Below are positions 26,963 through 40,081 of a stretch of 64,000 bases of DNA, piece by piece (position 1 is the first letter of the stretch; each line of letters opens with the position of its first letter). The notes beneath the pieces were generated by a model, which made no database searches, was not told the origin of the DNA, and worked only from the letters and a program-made list of their open reading frames with translations. The position numbers and the translations under genes are program-made. The DNA comes from Octopus sinensis (lineage: Eukaryota), in NCBI RefSeq assembly GCF_006345805.1, contig NC_042998.1, positions 126,232,001-126,296,000 of the forward strand. Reading direction: 5' to 3'.

Positions 26963-27445
26963 GTATTTGTGGCACCTCACACTATCTTGGTAAGAATGGT
27001 ATAGCTAAATGTCTAAATACATAGGGAACTAATCCTAGAAGATTAAAACTGATTATTAGAAATAATGAAGGAATAATTAATGAAAATCCTCCTATATTAT
27101 TACTGAAAGATTGAGCAATTTGTATATTAATAATTTGTTCAGGTGGCTTTGAAAATTGGTACCTCTTTTTATGTCATGGTTAAGTAGTTTGTGATTAAAT
27201 TGTAAATTTGCCAATCTCCACCCCACTAAAATCCCCCACAATATCAATAACAATACATAACAATATCCTACCTCACCCATATTAGCATGGGATAATGGTT
27301 AAAAAAAAATAGTTTTAAAATATTAAATAAAAATTTAACTTGAAAATTTTCTACGAAAGTGTTTTAAGGAGAATTTCTTATTTTTGCTTAAAAAATAAGT
27401 TATTAACTTTAGAGTAACCGAAAACTATCAAAGTGCTAAGACTAG

Positions 27446-27849
27446 CTAGACTTGAACATTGATATTGTGAGAATTGGTTCCGTCCTGAAATAAACTCGAA
27501 GATGTTGGTAATGCATGTTTAGGTTGTGAAGACAAGTTGTGCCTCTCTAACAAGTCTGGTTGGACAGTGTTATCTTGAGATTCATGTGATTCAGATTGAT
27601 GAACAGCAGATGGATGACTGGCTTCAGTGCCACAACCATCTTGAGATTTGTTCACTTGAGTATTCTGCCTGTGTGACACTTTTGATGTAGCTGTCTCAAC
27701 CAACTGCCAAAGTTTCATCTCTGTAGGATCAGACACATTTGCTTCTAGAACTTTTTCAGGTTCATCTCTTTCTTCATAATTCGAAAGACTCTCATTCCTT
27801 ATTTCTGGATCTTCATCAATTTTAGAATCCTTTAAAAAACAGTCATAAT
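27446..27849 (-). CDS. CCDC149: Probable CCDC149 terminal coding exon
   Basis: ctaatcttttcag acceptor, phase 1 in. (D)YDCFLKDSKIDEDPEIRNESLSN...TNSHNINVQV* open for 133 codons to TAG at 27448-27446. Assignment by position and phase. Confidence 0.75.
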
Positions 27850-28392
27850 CTGAAAAGATTAGATATATATATATATATGTATTTATATAGATAGGTATGT
27901 ATATATGTTTTCTATTTTTAATCATTTGGAATCTTCCTGTAAAGAAGGAACTGATTTCTAACAAAGATACAAAACTCCATCATTGGAATGTTATAACAAA
28001 AGCTATGTTGCATTTTAATTTTGAGAAAAGTTTTGCATATTTTTACTGTTCCACTTACAGATTGAATTTGTAATGTGCATATTAGCTAGTTGGCTTCTTT
28101 TTCTGAAAACCCTAGCTTTTCTAGATTGTTATTCAAGCATTTAACAACAAAACCAAGTGCACCAATTATCATTGGTATAAAAGTGAATATATAATCTGGG
28201 CAAAGAAACTGAAGATTTAAAAGCAGTTGTCTATAGTTACTCTCTTCAAGCAATTAGCAGCTCTATTATAACTGAAAAAGCTTTTGCAGAGGATTGGAAA
28301 CAAATTACACTGTTGTACGATGGAGACTTTTGTTTGCAATTAGCACACTCACATAAAGACAAAAGGAAAGAAAAACCACATACATGTACACA

Positions 28393-28395
<3 letters not shown>

Positions 28396-28432
<37 letters not shown>
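28396..28432. repeat. (TA)n microsatellite
   Basis: Pure AT run. Confidence 0.95.
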
Positions 28433-28435
<3 letters not shown>

Positions 28436-29289
28436 GTTGTTGTCATTTTACATCTGATTTCCATACTGATATAATTTCGATGGATCATTTCTGCTTTCTT
28501 AGACAGGTCAGGAGACTACATCTTGCATGGAAGTTTCAGTTTTTATTTGGTTTCTTTGGCTTCATGTCCTTCCTAACACCAATCACTTTACACAAAGTGT
28601 ATTGGGCGCATTTTTAGTGGCATCAGCATTAGAGAGGTTCTTACACCTTCATCAAGACTAAAGGGCCCTCAAAATATATATTTATAATAGGCTTCTTCCA
28701 TATTCCATCAACCAAATTTCACTCATAAGGTACAGGTCAACCCAATGGAAGACACCAGTAATAAATTCCATACTTTGGAAGTGAACCTAAAACAACAGGA
28801 TTCAGAACCATGCCTACAGATATATGCATGTATGTGTAAACACACACACAACACAAACACGCGTACATGCATACCAATGCACTCACACACATGACAATTA
28901 ATTCACCTAGTGAGATAATGGCCATCTTGTTAGTTACAGTTCAGTCAATCACTGTTCACTGTCATGCACCCATGTGTTTCGAGTTGGCTCTTAAGACCAG
29001 CTTATCATCTAAGAAAGAAGCAAAATGAAAAATTAAAGCGATAAAGTCTTTACATTTTTGGATTACAGTTACATGCTTGTACAAGAAGTATCCATTGTAA
29101 AATATCCTGTGACAAGTGAGAGCAAACTGATCATAACTATTTCAGCTGCAGGCTTTTATACCAGAGGGTCTTCACCAGGCTACTTCAATAAAAAAAATAC
29201 TATGGACTGCAAACAAATGTCACTGTCAGAAAGCTACCTTTATTTTTTAAAAAGCCAGTGAATGCAAGGGAAATACAAGCTCACTCATA

Positions 29290-29445
29290 CAAACACACAC
29301 ATTCATACACACAATCCATTCACAAAGCTTTAGTTGGTCTAGAAGAGTAGAAGCCACTTGCTCAAGGTCCCATGCTGTGGGACTTAACTCGAAATCATGT
29401 GACTAGGAAGAAATAAACTTTTTAACCACACAGCCATGCCTGCAT
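29290..29445 (-). mobile_element. tRNA-head SINE (family A), head only
   Basis: ...agaagccacttgctcaaggtcccatgctgtgggacttaactc...accacacagccatgcctgcatc is the reverse complement of the family A head. Confidence 0.6.
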
Positions 29446-29479
29446 CTACACACATATCTATTTATATGTCTCCTCACAA

Positions 29480-30170
29480 GCATTATGGTACCTGCTAGCC
29501 CCTCTTTCTCTCATTGTGCTCACCCACTGCTTTCTAACTCTCTCTTTCTCTTTCACAGTCCTTTCCTCACAACTTCTGTTCCACCTGAAGCCCTCTCATC
29601 ATTCTCTCTATGGCCCAGCCCCATGACCCTACCACACATCTCTTTCCTTCAATGACCTTCTCCCAGAGCCATTTTGTCTCTTCATCACCCTTATCTCTTT
29701 CTTGTTCCCTTCCTTCCACACCTTCTATCCTTATTCACCGCAAACATTAGCCACTTCACCAGTCTTACTACTCTGTTACTCTCTCCACTATCATCTCACA
29801 ACAATAAATCTTTTCCTCTCATCATACTTCACCCTCACTCATCAACTCACCTAAAATCATCACATACTCTCTTCTATTTTTCTTTTAGTTGTGGGAGCTG
29901 TTTAGTTTGCAAGTTACAAGGTGATCTCACCAGTGCTGGTGCCATGAAAAAGGCACCCAGTACACTTTGTAAAATGGTTGGTAAACTGAATAGAGACAAG
30001 CAAGGTTGAGATGAAAACTCTTCAGTTTGCAAGGGAAAAGACTCATGACACAAAACATGCACCCAATACACTCTATAAAGTGACTGTTGTCAGAAAATGT
30101 ATCCAACCATAGAAACCATATCAAAATTGAAACATTGGAGCTTGATGCAAACATCCAACTCATCAGATAC
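29480..30170 (+). mobile_element. Family C retroposon (long CT-rich tract plus shared tail)
   Basis: CT-rich 29480-29885, then tttgcaagttacaaggtgatctcaccagtgctggtgccatgaaaaaggcacccagtacac. Confidence 0.55.
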
Positions 30171-31657
30171 AGTTCAGCTGTTTAATGTATCACACACACA
30201 CACACACACGCATATATATGTCGTCATCACTGTTATAACATCCACTTCTCCATATTAACATAGGTCAGAGACTTATTGAGGTAGTTTTTTCTATTACTAA
30301 CTGCTCTCTCTGCCAGTAAGCCCCACCTGTTTCCCATCAAAAAATATTTTCCCTGGTCCTTCAATCAACAAACAGCTAAGTGGCTAGACATGTTTTTGTG
30401 AAAGATAGTAAATAAAAGACACTTTTTGAATGAATGGTAACTCTGTCTTTGAATTGGCACACATGTCAAGATCTTTCTCTCTATACATCCAAAGGCCCAA
30501 CTAAGCCAACAGTACTTCTTACATCAATGCTGAATGGAGAAATCCCAGAAGATCAATGGTTAGGATTGCCAAGCTCTATCAAGTGAGTAACTGCAACACA
30601 TCTATAGGGGTGACATCCATGGTTGTATAATCAGCAAATGAAAGATTCATTATAACTCAAGCTCCAGATTAAAATTCCAATGAATAATAGAATTGGATGG
30701 TGACAGAGAGTCACATGAATCCGGACAAGCAACATGACTGGATGATATGGCATAACCGTGTATTTAAGAAGTGGACTTGGCCCCAAAATAAATTTCCTTA
30801 GACAATTGTCTTCTACTATAGCTCTGAGATGATCCAAACCTTGAGAGTAAATTTTGTAGACAAAAACTAAAGAAGTCCTTCATATATACATATACCAGGC
30901 ATGTGCCATCAGTAATTAATCAGGGTAAGCAGTTGGTGACGTTTATGTAGTAAAACAAATAAGCAAAATGCAGGTGCACAACTGTGTCGTAGACAGATTT
31001 ACTTCTGCCTTTATAGCACGTAAAGAAAACATTGTTGTAGGAGTGTATGCAGCAAGTGTACTACAGCAGTTCTATGTGTAGCTTTAATACTGAGATTGAA
31101 AGGCAGGGGCAACTTATGCCTGCCTAATCTACAAAACAATACAATATTTTGCATTTTATGTATTATAATCAGAGTAGCCTTCATAATTTTATTGAATTAA
31201 GTGCATATTTTGCCATAAAAGGAAAATATTAATATCAATCTATTTTATTCAGGGTAGGCACTACCTACCTAGACGGCATGTTCCTGACATATACATATAT
31301 TATATGTGTGTTTGTGTATCGTTAGGGTGTCTGTGCCTGAGAGAGAGATAGAGAGAGAAAGAGAGTGGGGAGAGTGTGTATATGTTTATGTCTCCTTGTC
31401 TTGATGTCATACACTAATTGTTATAATCTTTTGTGATAACACATGTGGCCATGTGATAACATATGTGGTCATGTTTGAAGAACTAGAGGAAATATTATCT
31501 TGCTTGGATACAGGTGAGGGTTGGCAGTTGGCAACATGAAGAGTACCCAGTTGTAGAAAAGTTGCATCACAAATTTCATTTGGCCCATGCAAACATGGAA
31601 AAGCTAACATTAAAATTATGATAATGATAATATATATATATATATATATATATACAC

Positions 31658-32766
31658 GAAAGAAGGTTTGAAAATGCAATTCAAAAGATGTTTATTTACT
31701 TTACCGGTTTCACTCTTTGGAAAAAGATTGTCAAAAGTAACATGTAGAAGTTTGGTTGCATTAATTATTGGTTGTTGCAAATTGCTACATTACATATATA
31801 CAGTCTTTGGTAACAGGGACATGTTAAGGACATAAAAAAGTTCAACAAGTTCCTTAAAATATTGGGCTCAAAAGATTACTACATAAATAATCGTTCTCAA
31901 GGACATGCTTAAGATAGTTTCCAGAAGGAATTGATATTGGTATTGTATCTGTATATTCAAACATGCACAGAATATTGGTTGACACAGAGTACTATAATCC
32001 ATATAAATATACATTCTTTGGTGACAAGAGTATGTTGAGAATATAAAAAAGTTTAACAAGCTCATTGAAATAATGGGCACAAAAGATTACAACAAATATA
32101 TTATACATCTCAAGATAATTTCCAGGAGGAATTATTAAAAAAGTTCAGTATACACGTACAGAATATTATGAGTTCAAAAAGATTTACATTATAATAGTCC
32201 GGACAGGTCAGTTTTAGCTTCACCACTATTATTATGTAAATCTTTTTGAACTCATAATATTCTGTACGTGTATACTGAACTTTTTTAATAATTCCTTCTG
32301 GAAATTATCTTGAGATGTATAATATATTTGTTGTAATCTTTTGTGCCCATTATTTCAATGAGCTTGTTAAACTTTTTTATATTCTCAACATACTCTTGTC
32401 ACCAAAGAATGTATATTTATATGGACTATAGTACTCTGTGTCAACCAATATTCTGTGCATGTTTGAATATACAGATACAATACCAATATCAATTCCTTCT
32501 GGAAACTATCTTAAGCATGTCCTTGAGAACGATTATTTATGTAGTAATCTTTTGAGCCCAATATTTTAAGGAACTTGTTGAACTTTTTTATGTCCTTAAC
32601 ATGTCCCTGTTACCAAAGACTGTATATATGTAATGTAGCAATTTGAAACAACCAATAATTAACGCAACCAAACTTCTACATGTTACTCTCGACAATCTTT
32701 TTCCAAAGAGTGAAACCGGTAAAGTAAATAAACATCTTTTAAATTGCATTTTCAAAACCTTCTTTC
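31658..32766. repeat. ~1.1-kb near-perfect inverted repeat (palindrome), possibly a foldback-type element
   Basis: Arms 31658-32198 and 32225-32766 with a 26-bp spacer. Hand alignment gives 8 substitutions and one 1-nt indel. The ORF track shows identical 70-aa peptides at 31868-32080(-) and 32343-32555(+). Confidence 0.95.
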
Positions 32767-32808
32767 ATATATAATTCCACTCGTGCGGTACCCCACAACT
32801 CCACTTTG

Positions 32809-32821
32809 TTATATATATATA

Positions 32822-32858
<37 letters not shown>
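32809..32858. repeat. (TA)n microsatellite right of the large palindrome
   Basis: TA run with one interruption; a matching (TA)n lies at 31630-31654 on the left. Confidence 0.93.
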
Positions 32859-32860
<2 letters not shown>

Positions 32861-34301
32861 AAACTCATCGTGTATACATATATATAAAAGCCAGTTTGCA
32901 GCTGTAGCAGATGTCACTACCGAGCAGTGCCAACTCTAAACCACAGAGATTCAAAGTGAACTGTAACCACTGCAAACTTTTTTGATATTTATGTTACCAA
33001 GTGCAGTTAGTAATTTAAAGACTAAACTTTTTTAGTAAAAAAAGGGCTAATATTAGTCATATATATGTTAGATAAGAAGTATATTAGAAAACTGTAGAGA
33101 GGCAGTGAGAAAGTTAGAAAGAATATTAGTGCTATATACAGAGAATAAATAGATTATTTTACCTGTCAACATCTTCACTAATGTCTAAAAATCAAAATAT
33201 GGAGAACACTGTAAATAGTAGTAGAAGTAATTGTATATAGGCTACATATAGTTTAATGTGCCATAGATTGGATAGTAATGTGCTAATATACAAATAGACA
33301 CATATTAATTACTAACAGAAATAAGTACATATTTTTATCAACAGGTTCTATATAGCAATACACTAATCTGATAAATACAATGAGTTGGTTAATGCTTGAG
33401 ATCAAATGTATCTATGAATGGATGATCAAAGAGGGAATGGTAAAGATGTGACCAGTATTATAAGTTTAGAAAGAAAATTAGAAGCTTTAGTAAACTGATA
33501 TAGCTACAATGAAGAATTCAATCCAGATCAGTGCTTTACCAAGACTATGTCTTACTTTAATATAATTATGTATGTACATGTATACATGTGTGCGTGTTCA
33601 CACACAGACATGGAATTGCAGAAACAACCCACAAATATTGTTGAAGCCATATTAATTAAACAACAAATGCTGTTCTCAATAAACAAACACCAGACAGAAT
33701 GTGACAACCAAATCATTACAAAAGCAATCGTCTGAAGCATGGTCTTTGAAAGATATTGGTCAAGTAGAATGAGATATCACACAACATCAGGCAGTAATAT
33801 TCTTTCAAATCAAAGACACAAGTATTTCACAGCTATGGGTTGAATACATATACAAAAAAAAAAAAATCTGCAGCGTTTCAATGAATTTACATCTGATAGA
33901 GAAGTGTACTTGTTTGGCAACTCATATCATCTGAGATTGTGTATTGAAGCTGAAATAATTACCTCATGAAGGGCTCATTAGTAACATATAAACATAGTTA
34001 TGGTAACTCTCACTTATATCTTAATTGTATAGTTTCTTAAAGCTAGATACTTCATAAGAAGCAATGTTATTAAAAAACAAATGTGAACGGAATGCTTTCT
34101 GTGTTTCTTAAATGACTAAATTTGACAATGTAACTGTTATCACCACACAAAAGCATTAACACTTTAAATATAGTATGACTATATAAATGAAAAAGAGATT
34201 AACATAGGCATTTTTATACCTAATATTATATGCATATTATTATTTTTATGTGTATGTGTGTATATATTTACGTTTTTTATGTCTAATCCCCCCCCCCTCT
34301 C

Positions 34302-34850
34302 TCTATATATATATATATATAGAAAGGAGAGATTCAGTCCATTTGTGTGTTTGTTCATTTGTTTGTCCACCAAAACGAAAGTAAATGGTTCAAGGGAAGC
34401 TATTATGTATATGTATCTTATCTACTATTATTATTATCTATATATATATATAAAAGAGAGATTCAAAAAGAGATTCTTTCCATTTGTGTGTTTGTTCATT
34501 CATTTGTCAACCAAAATGAAAGTAAGTTGTTCAAGGGAAGCTATTATGCTTTTTCCATATCTATATGCCATTGTCTAATTTGTCTCAACAAAAATTATGC
34601 AATGGTACAACATTAATTGTGCACAAACTTATGAGGAACTGCATTGAAGTAAATATTCTCACTGGTTGTGGTAAAGGTGACACTGTCTTCATTCATCACA
34701 TACCAGTTATACCATCTAATGTCTCAGTCAAAGTTAAGCCATTACAGTTTCTTATCCCACTTTCTTTTGCCATGAGCATTAATAAAACTCAGGGCCAAAT
34801 ACTAAAAGTTGCTGGTTTGCAACTTGAAGAACAAACAGAAATTCGTATAT
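34302..34850 (+). mobile_element. Helitron relic: two tandem 5'-end-like units fused to a PIF1-like helicase C-terminal fragment
   Basis: 34565-34835 translates NLSQQKLCNGTTLIVHKLMRNCIEVNILTGCGKGDTVFIHHIPVIPS...LSFAMSINKTQGQILKVAGLQLEE (Helitron helicase motifs CNGT and FAMSINKxQGQ). Upstream ~135-bp unit starting TCTATATAT.. is duplicated. No 3' CTRR end found. Confidence 0.75.
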
Positions 34851-35944
34851 GAAATTCATTTTTCTTTCAATTATTACATGCTTTTCTCTTATATAATACA
34901 CACATACAGGACAAGTAAACCTAAATCTATAGTCGTAGTCTCACCCTGGTTCAGATTCGAAACTGAATCTTTCAATTCTCCTTGGGCATACGGCCTGTTC
35001 AAATGTCAAAAGAAGCCGTGACAAATGGGTCTTCCACTTCACCTGGGGCCTTCTCGGTGCCTTTACACAGTCACCTGGATTTCATGAAGCTATTCTATAT
35101 CCTTGGTTCCCAAACTTTTTCAAAATTTTCATCCTACAGATCCCCTTTTAATCAGGAATTTTTCAATTCTTAATTTGTATTTCATAAATATTTTCTAAAG
35201 ATTTATGTGCACAAACATATTTATGTAAGTAATAATGGAATAATTTATTTATTGGTATATGTTTATATGCTTATTGATAGAAAAAATATAGATTTTTAAT
35301 TACTATATTTGTTGATTGTAATTTAGATACTTATTTTTATGTATTTATTATTTTATAATTATTATATGCGAACTAAAATCTAAAAATATTAATAGTGATT
35401 GTTTTGTTAAATAGTTTAGTAATTAAATATTAGAGTATAACCAGGTTAAAGATATTCTATAGTTTATTAATGTTTTGTAAGCTAAATTATATCTTCACAG
35501 ATAAATACATTTTTCTATCTATCTACTCTATTTTTTTACCTTAAATATTTAACATAATAAATGTATTGTAGGGAACTGATATTAATGTTTTAAGTTTCAA
35601 ATTTAGTTAATGGTATTTCTTCTATAAGAAAAAACATTATTTTATTTATTTTTTTAATAAATATTGTTTAACTCTGTTTGCTTATTTATTTAACTATTAT
35701 TGTTAACCTGAAGATTGACTATAATTTTAAATTGAATTCATTTCAATTAAATTTAATTGTAATTCGAATTTCATTATAGCCATGAAACATACGTAGTCTT
35801 TTACTTATTATATATTGATTATTCATTTTTATATTTTTTGTGATCTAGTTATTTGTTTCATAAAAATATTTTTTATTTGTTATTTATGTTTTGGTTTATG
35901 TCTATCATTGTTTGAGTTGCATAATAGTGGTTTTATCTCTAATT

Positions 35945-35949
<5 letters not shown>

Positions 35950-36000
<51 letters not shown>

Positions 36001-36017
36001 TTATATATATATATATA
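35950..36017. repeat. Interrupted (TA)n microsatellite ending an extremely AT-rich block (35170-35950)
   Basis: Direct reading. Confidence 0.9.
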
Positions 36018-36170
36018 GGTGCAGGCATAGCTCTTATGATTAAGAAGTTTGCTTCCTAATCACTTGGTTTTGGGTTCAGTTCCACTGCATGGCACTTTAG
36101 ACAGGTGCCTTCTCCTATAGCCCTGGGCCAACCAAAGCAGATTTGGTAGATGGAAACTGAAAAAGTTAGT
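36017..36170 (+). mobile_element. tRNA-head SINE (family A), head only
   Basis: gtgcaggcatagct...gggttcagttccactgcatggcac...tatagccctgggccaaccaaagc; B-box-like GGTTCAGTTCC. Confidence 0.7.
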
Positions 36171-37159
36171 TGTACTAATAAATGTGTATATGGATATAAA
36201 TGTGTGCGCATTTGTGTTTCTTTGTTTTAACACTTCATGGAAGTCATGGAAGTTATCACAATGCTAAATAAGCAGAAGAAATGTAAGAAATGTATACAAT
36301 ATTTTCAATTAAAAATAGCAAAATAGTGACTAAATTAATTTTCTACTTCTACTGGACTCTGTTTTGCTTATACTTAGTATCAATGCTTCAGGCATAAAAT
36401 CAAATATTGCTCAGAAGGTTTTGATAGTAGGAAAATCAAAAGCTTTTGCTTTAAAAGTGAATTTCTAAAGTTAAAAATGGGTGTGATTCTTTTTCTATAC
36501 ACATACTTAATTTATCATCATCAATTAGGTAAAAAAAAAAGAAGGGAGTTTATGTCAGCTGTAGCAGAGTTTGATCTTAAATCCACAAAGAAATTAAACC
36601 ATAAATATTCAGAATGATGTCCTTAAACATTTTGCTATTTTCTTATTCAATAAATTATAACAATGTCATAAGGCATGATACAGTCCACTAAAAAAGACAA
36701 AAAAACTGCCTTTAAGATCTAATACATGGAGTAAAATATGTAAAAAAAATAATAAAAAGAAAACCCAAAACAAGACACTTTATAAAAGCAAGGAAGATAT
36801 TTATCTATCTTCTAAACATTAGAGAAACATTTCAGGAGTAGGGGCTAAACGCTAGTGAAGTTAATGAGACACAACTCCACAGAAAGGCAGTGCCTCATTG
36901 AGTTTACTGGGGTCTTGTCTTACAGGGTTCCCTAGCACCTCATCTTTAGATAGGTTGTTAGTCAACCACAGAAAGCTATTTGAAGATGATTTAGCATTTA
37001 TTACAAACAATATAGGATAAATACAGGATATAATGTTTTACCCAGGAACAGAAATTTTGAAGTGTAACTAATGAGCTTGTAGTTCATCACATCTCTATTC
37101 ATAAAAGAGACTCTGCAAGAAATAAAGCAAGAGGGAAATAAAACTTTCTCATAGCTTAC

Positions 37160-37489
37160 CGAAAAATTTTAGGTCCAAACTGTTTGCTGAAATTTCTCCA
37201 TCACTTTTTTCTAAGGATTGCTGATTTAGAATTTCTTTAGTTGGAAGTAAATCTAGGTCTGTGAGTGAGACAACTTTATATGGAGTTTGTTGATTGCTAT
37301 GGGAAGGGCTGTTATCTACAGTGGATGCAGGAGTACTCAAAGTCTCCAGTGTTTCAGTATCTTCTTCAGTGTCTTTATCGTATATAGCGCCATCAGGCTC
37401 AGATTTGTTTTCTGGTGAAGAGACATCGGGTAACAAGGATTTCACTTCCTCATATTCTGACCGGATCTTTGCAAGGACTGGATGGGGAC
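37160..37489 (-). CDS. CCDC149: CCDC149 C-terminal-region exon (low complexity, Ser/Thr/acidic)
   Basis: ttccag acceptor, gtaagc donor, 330 nt open and phase 1-1: (G)PHPVLAKIRSEYEEVKSLLPDVSSPENKSEPDG...NSLDLKFF. Assignment to CCDC149 is by position, strand and phase. Confidence 0.78.
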
Positions 37490-37609
37490 CTGGAAGAACA
37501 AATGTAATGGTGTAAGTTAAAGAAACATTGACAGAAATGGTAATATCTCTTAGATCAAAAACAGCATGCTAGAGAACATAATTAAACACTACAAATATAT
37601 ACAAAATAC

Positions 37610-37995
37610 AGGTGTAGTTGTGTAGTTAAAAAGTTAGCTTCCCAACCACATGGTTTCCAGTTCAGTCCCATTGTTTGGCACTTTGGACAACTGTCTTCTA
37701 CTATGGCCCTGGGCCAACCAAAGCCTCATGAGTAGATTTGGTACATGGAAACTGAAGCTCACCATATATATATGTGAGAGAGAGAATGTTTGCATCTCTT
37801 TGTCCTGACATTGCATGGCTGTTGTAAATAAATATCATTCCTTTCCAAATTTCTGTGAAAATGTCTGGCCAGGGAGAAATATCACCTTGCTTGGAAATAG
37901 GTAAGGGTTGATGACAGGAAGAGCATTTGGCCTTAGAATATCTGCTTCTATAAACTCTGTCTGACCCATGCAAGCATGGAAAAGTGGATACTCAT
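37610..37995 (+). mobile_element. Full-length family A SINE ending in the RTE-like (GAT)n tail
   Basis: Head ggtgtagttgtgtag...gttcagtccc, core ggacaactgtcttctactatggcc, tail acccatgcaagcatggaaaagtgg...gacgatgataatg. Confidence 0.8.
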
Positions 37996-38425
37996 ATGAC
38001 GATGATAATGCAAATGTGTCTGACATTGCATATATGTGTAAAGTGGGAGACAAATGAGCAGCAATGTGGAGTTGTGAGGTCCCTTTAATCATGATGAGGA
38101 TATAGCTACCTTTCTAGTACTGGTGGGATGAGAAATGCATCCAATAAATTCTGTGAAGTGGTTGGTGTTAGGAAGGGCATATAATCAGAAACCAAGCCAA
38201 AATGAAATATGAGTGAGATGGTGTCACCCTGACCCATCTAAGTGAGTAAGTCTGTGCAACCCATGGACAGCAGATATAAAACAAGATGATGAATAATACA
38301 CAGATACAGTCTTCAAGAGTTTAGTTAATTATATCAATCCCTTTATTTCATTTTATCAACCTCAGAAAGAGTAAATACAAAATTGTGAGGACTGAATTTC
38401 AACTTGTAATATAGAGGGACATATA

Positions 38426-38632
38426 AGGTAGTGAGGTGGTAGACTCGTTAGTATGTCAGGCAAAATGCTTAGTGGCATTTCTTCCAACTTTACGTTCAGA
38501 TTTCAAATGCTGCCAGGGTCAACTTTGCCTTTCATCCTTTCGGAGGTGATAAAACATGTACCAGTTGAGTTCAATCAACTCATCCTCTCCCTCAAAATTG
38601 CTGGCCTTGTGCTAAATTTTGAAACCAATATA
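38426..38632 (+). mobile_element. tRNA-derived SINE (family B)
   Basis: aaggtagtgaggtggtagactcgttag...gtcaactttgcctttcatcctttcggaggtgataaa; same family as 41120-41330. Confidence 0.75.
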
Positions 38633-39125
38633 AAGGGACATAACTAAATATCACAAAGTAATTTGTCCAAGTGTCTACTGATTTTGCTATCCACCTGCCA
38701 ATACACACACACACCTGACAAGCTTCTGCACATTTTCTGGTAACCAAATTTTATTCACTATGTCCATGTTATGAATGTACTCAGCATTTTAAATTATTTC
38801 CTTGCTTGAGTTAACGTAGTCTATCCAGTTGAAATTTCTATTTTTGAAAGGAACAGCATGAAACCAGTGGTATTGAACAAATATATTATTGCAATTTGCT
38901 CAGTTGCATAATTTAATCCATGCATGTGTTTACAAGGTCATGCTTTTATGTGGGACAGGAATGAAAAGGAGATGGAAATGATTTTTACAGTTGTAGAATC
39001 CACAAAGGGAGGAAATGTTTATTATATGTGTGTCAGCTGTTGTATGTGTGCATACATGTGTCTGCATAGCTGTTTTCAGAAGTGTGTGCATGTGTGAATA
39101 TATAATTTGCACATATATCAAAAGC

Positions 39126-39127
<2 letters not shown>

Positions 39128-39186
<59 letters not shown>
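39128..39186. repeat. (GT)n microsatellite
   Basis: Pure TG/GT run of about 29 units. Confidence 0.97.
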
Positions 39187-39188
<2 letters not shown>

Positions 39189-39929
39189 CTACTTGTATGG
39201 ACAGTATATCTGTGTATATCTGTTTCTTAAGTTGTGATGTTGTTTATGTCAAGACTGCCATACAGCTATTTTCTTGGCAGGTATGTATGAGGGTGTGTAT
39301 GTGCTTTTGGTAAGCTTATTTTGTTTCTATCTTTAGTAAATGTGAGAATGTTGAGTTCATGTATTAGTATGAGTTTTTAGAAGCATGCATGTAAAGTTTT
39401 TTTGTGCATGCAGACAGGTATGTGTATGTACATGCTTGTGTTAATATTAGATGTGCATGTTTATTTATGTGGCAATAGTAGAGGTGTGTGTGTGTGTGTG
39501 TGTGTGTGTGCATTTGTCAAATTGTGATATCTTAGTGTGGTCATGTGTGTTTTCTTAAGTATGGTGCATGTATATATGAAAAAAAGTGTTCAAAAAATGG
39601 TAGGTTTAGTATTAAAATCACATTGTTGGAAGGTTCCAAGAAGGAACATAAGTTCCTTTCTCTTCATAGACAGAAGAGGCAGGCAATGCAAGCTCAGAAA
39701 GGAAGTACCAAGAGGTGTGGTCTACTGAGTAGAAATGATGCAGACAAGTGAAATGTTGTTGAGCTGGATGTCCAACCAAGCATAAATAATTCTGAAACAA
39801 CAAACAGTTTATTCATCAAACTAATAAGGCTTGTTATTAAGTGATCCAATGCCTAAAGTTTGTGTGTGTGTGTGTGTGCATGCTCATACATGTGTGTATA
39901 CCATATTTATATATAGATATACAGAGAAG

Positions 39930-40070
39930 TTGAGGTTATAAGAGATAATGGTGTCATTGAGACCCAAAGGTGTCAGGTAATGCTGAATAAGTGCTATAGA
40001 CAGACCATAGTTAAATTCCAGATTCGGTAATATTGCGAATAAAGGGTTCAACGTTGGTTCTATGTCAGCG
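39930..40070 (-). mobile_element. Possible Penelope-like element ORF C-terminal relic
   Basis: Minus strand reads ...IQHYLTPLGLND, similar to the L.TL.P.GLN end of Penelope GIY-YIG ORFs. Short match only. Confidence 0.4.
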
Positions 40071-40081
40071 TGTGTATATAC

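Noticed and set aside
30896-31288. Possible hAT-like MITE (caggcatgtgcc.../...ggcatgttcctg); similar solo ends at ~24083, ~35102 and a Tc1-like end at ~63195-63232
   Set aside because: TIRs too degenerate or unpaired and no TSD found; not supportable without a repeat library.
31868-32555. Two identical 70-aa ORFs on opposite strands (MPIISMSLLNFF...)
   Set aside because: By-product of the palindrome; no splice context, homology or codon signal.
36017-36100. tRNA genes at SINE heads (A/B-box-like motifs, also 41120-41210)
   Set aside because: No cloverleaf; each continues into SINE core and tail sequence.
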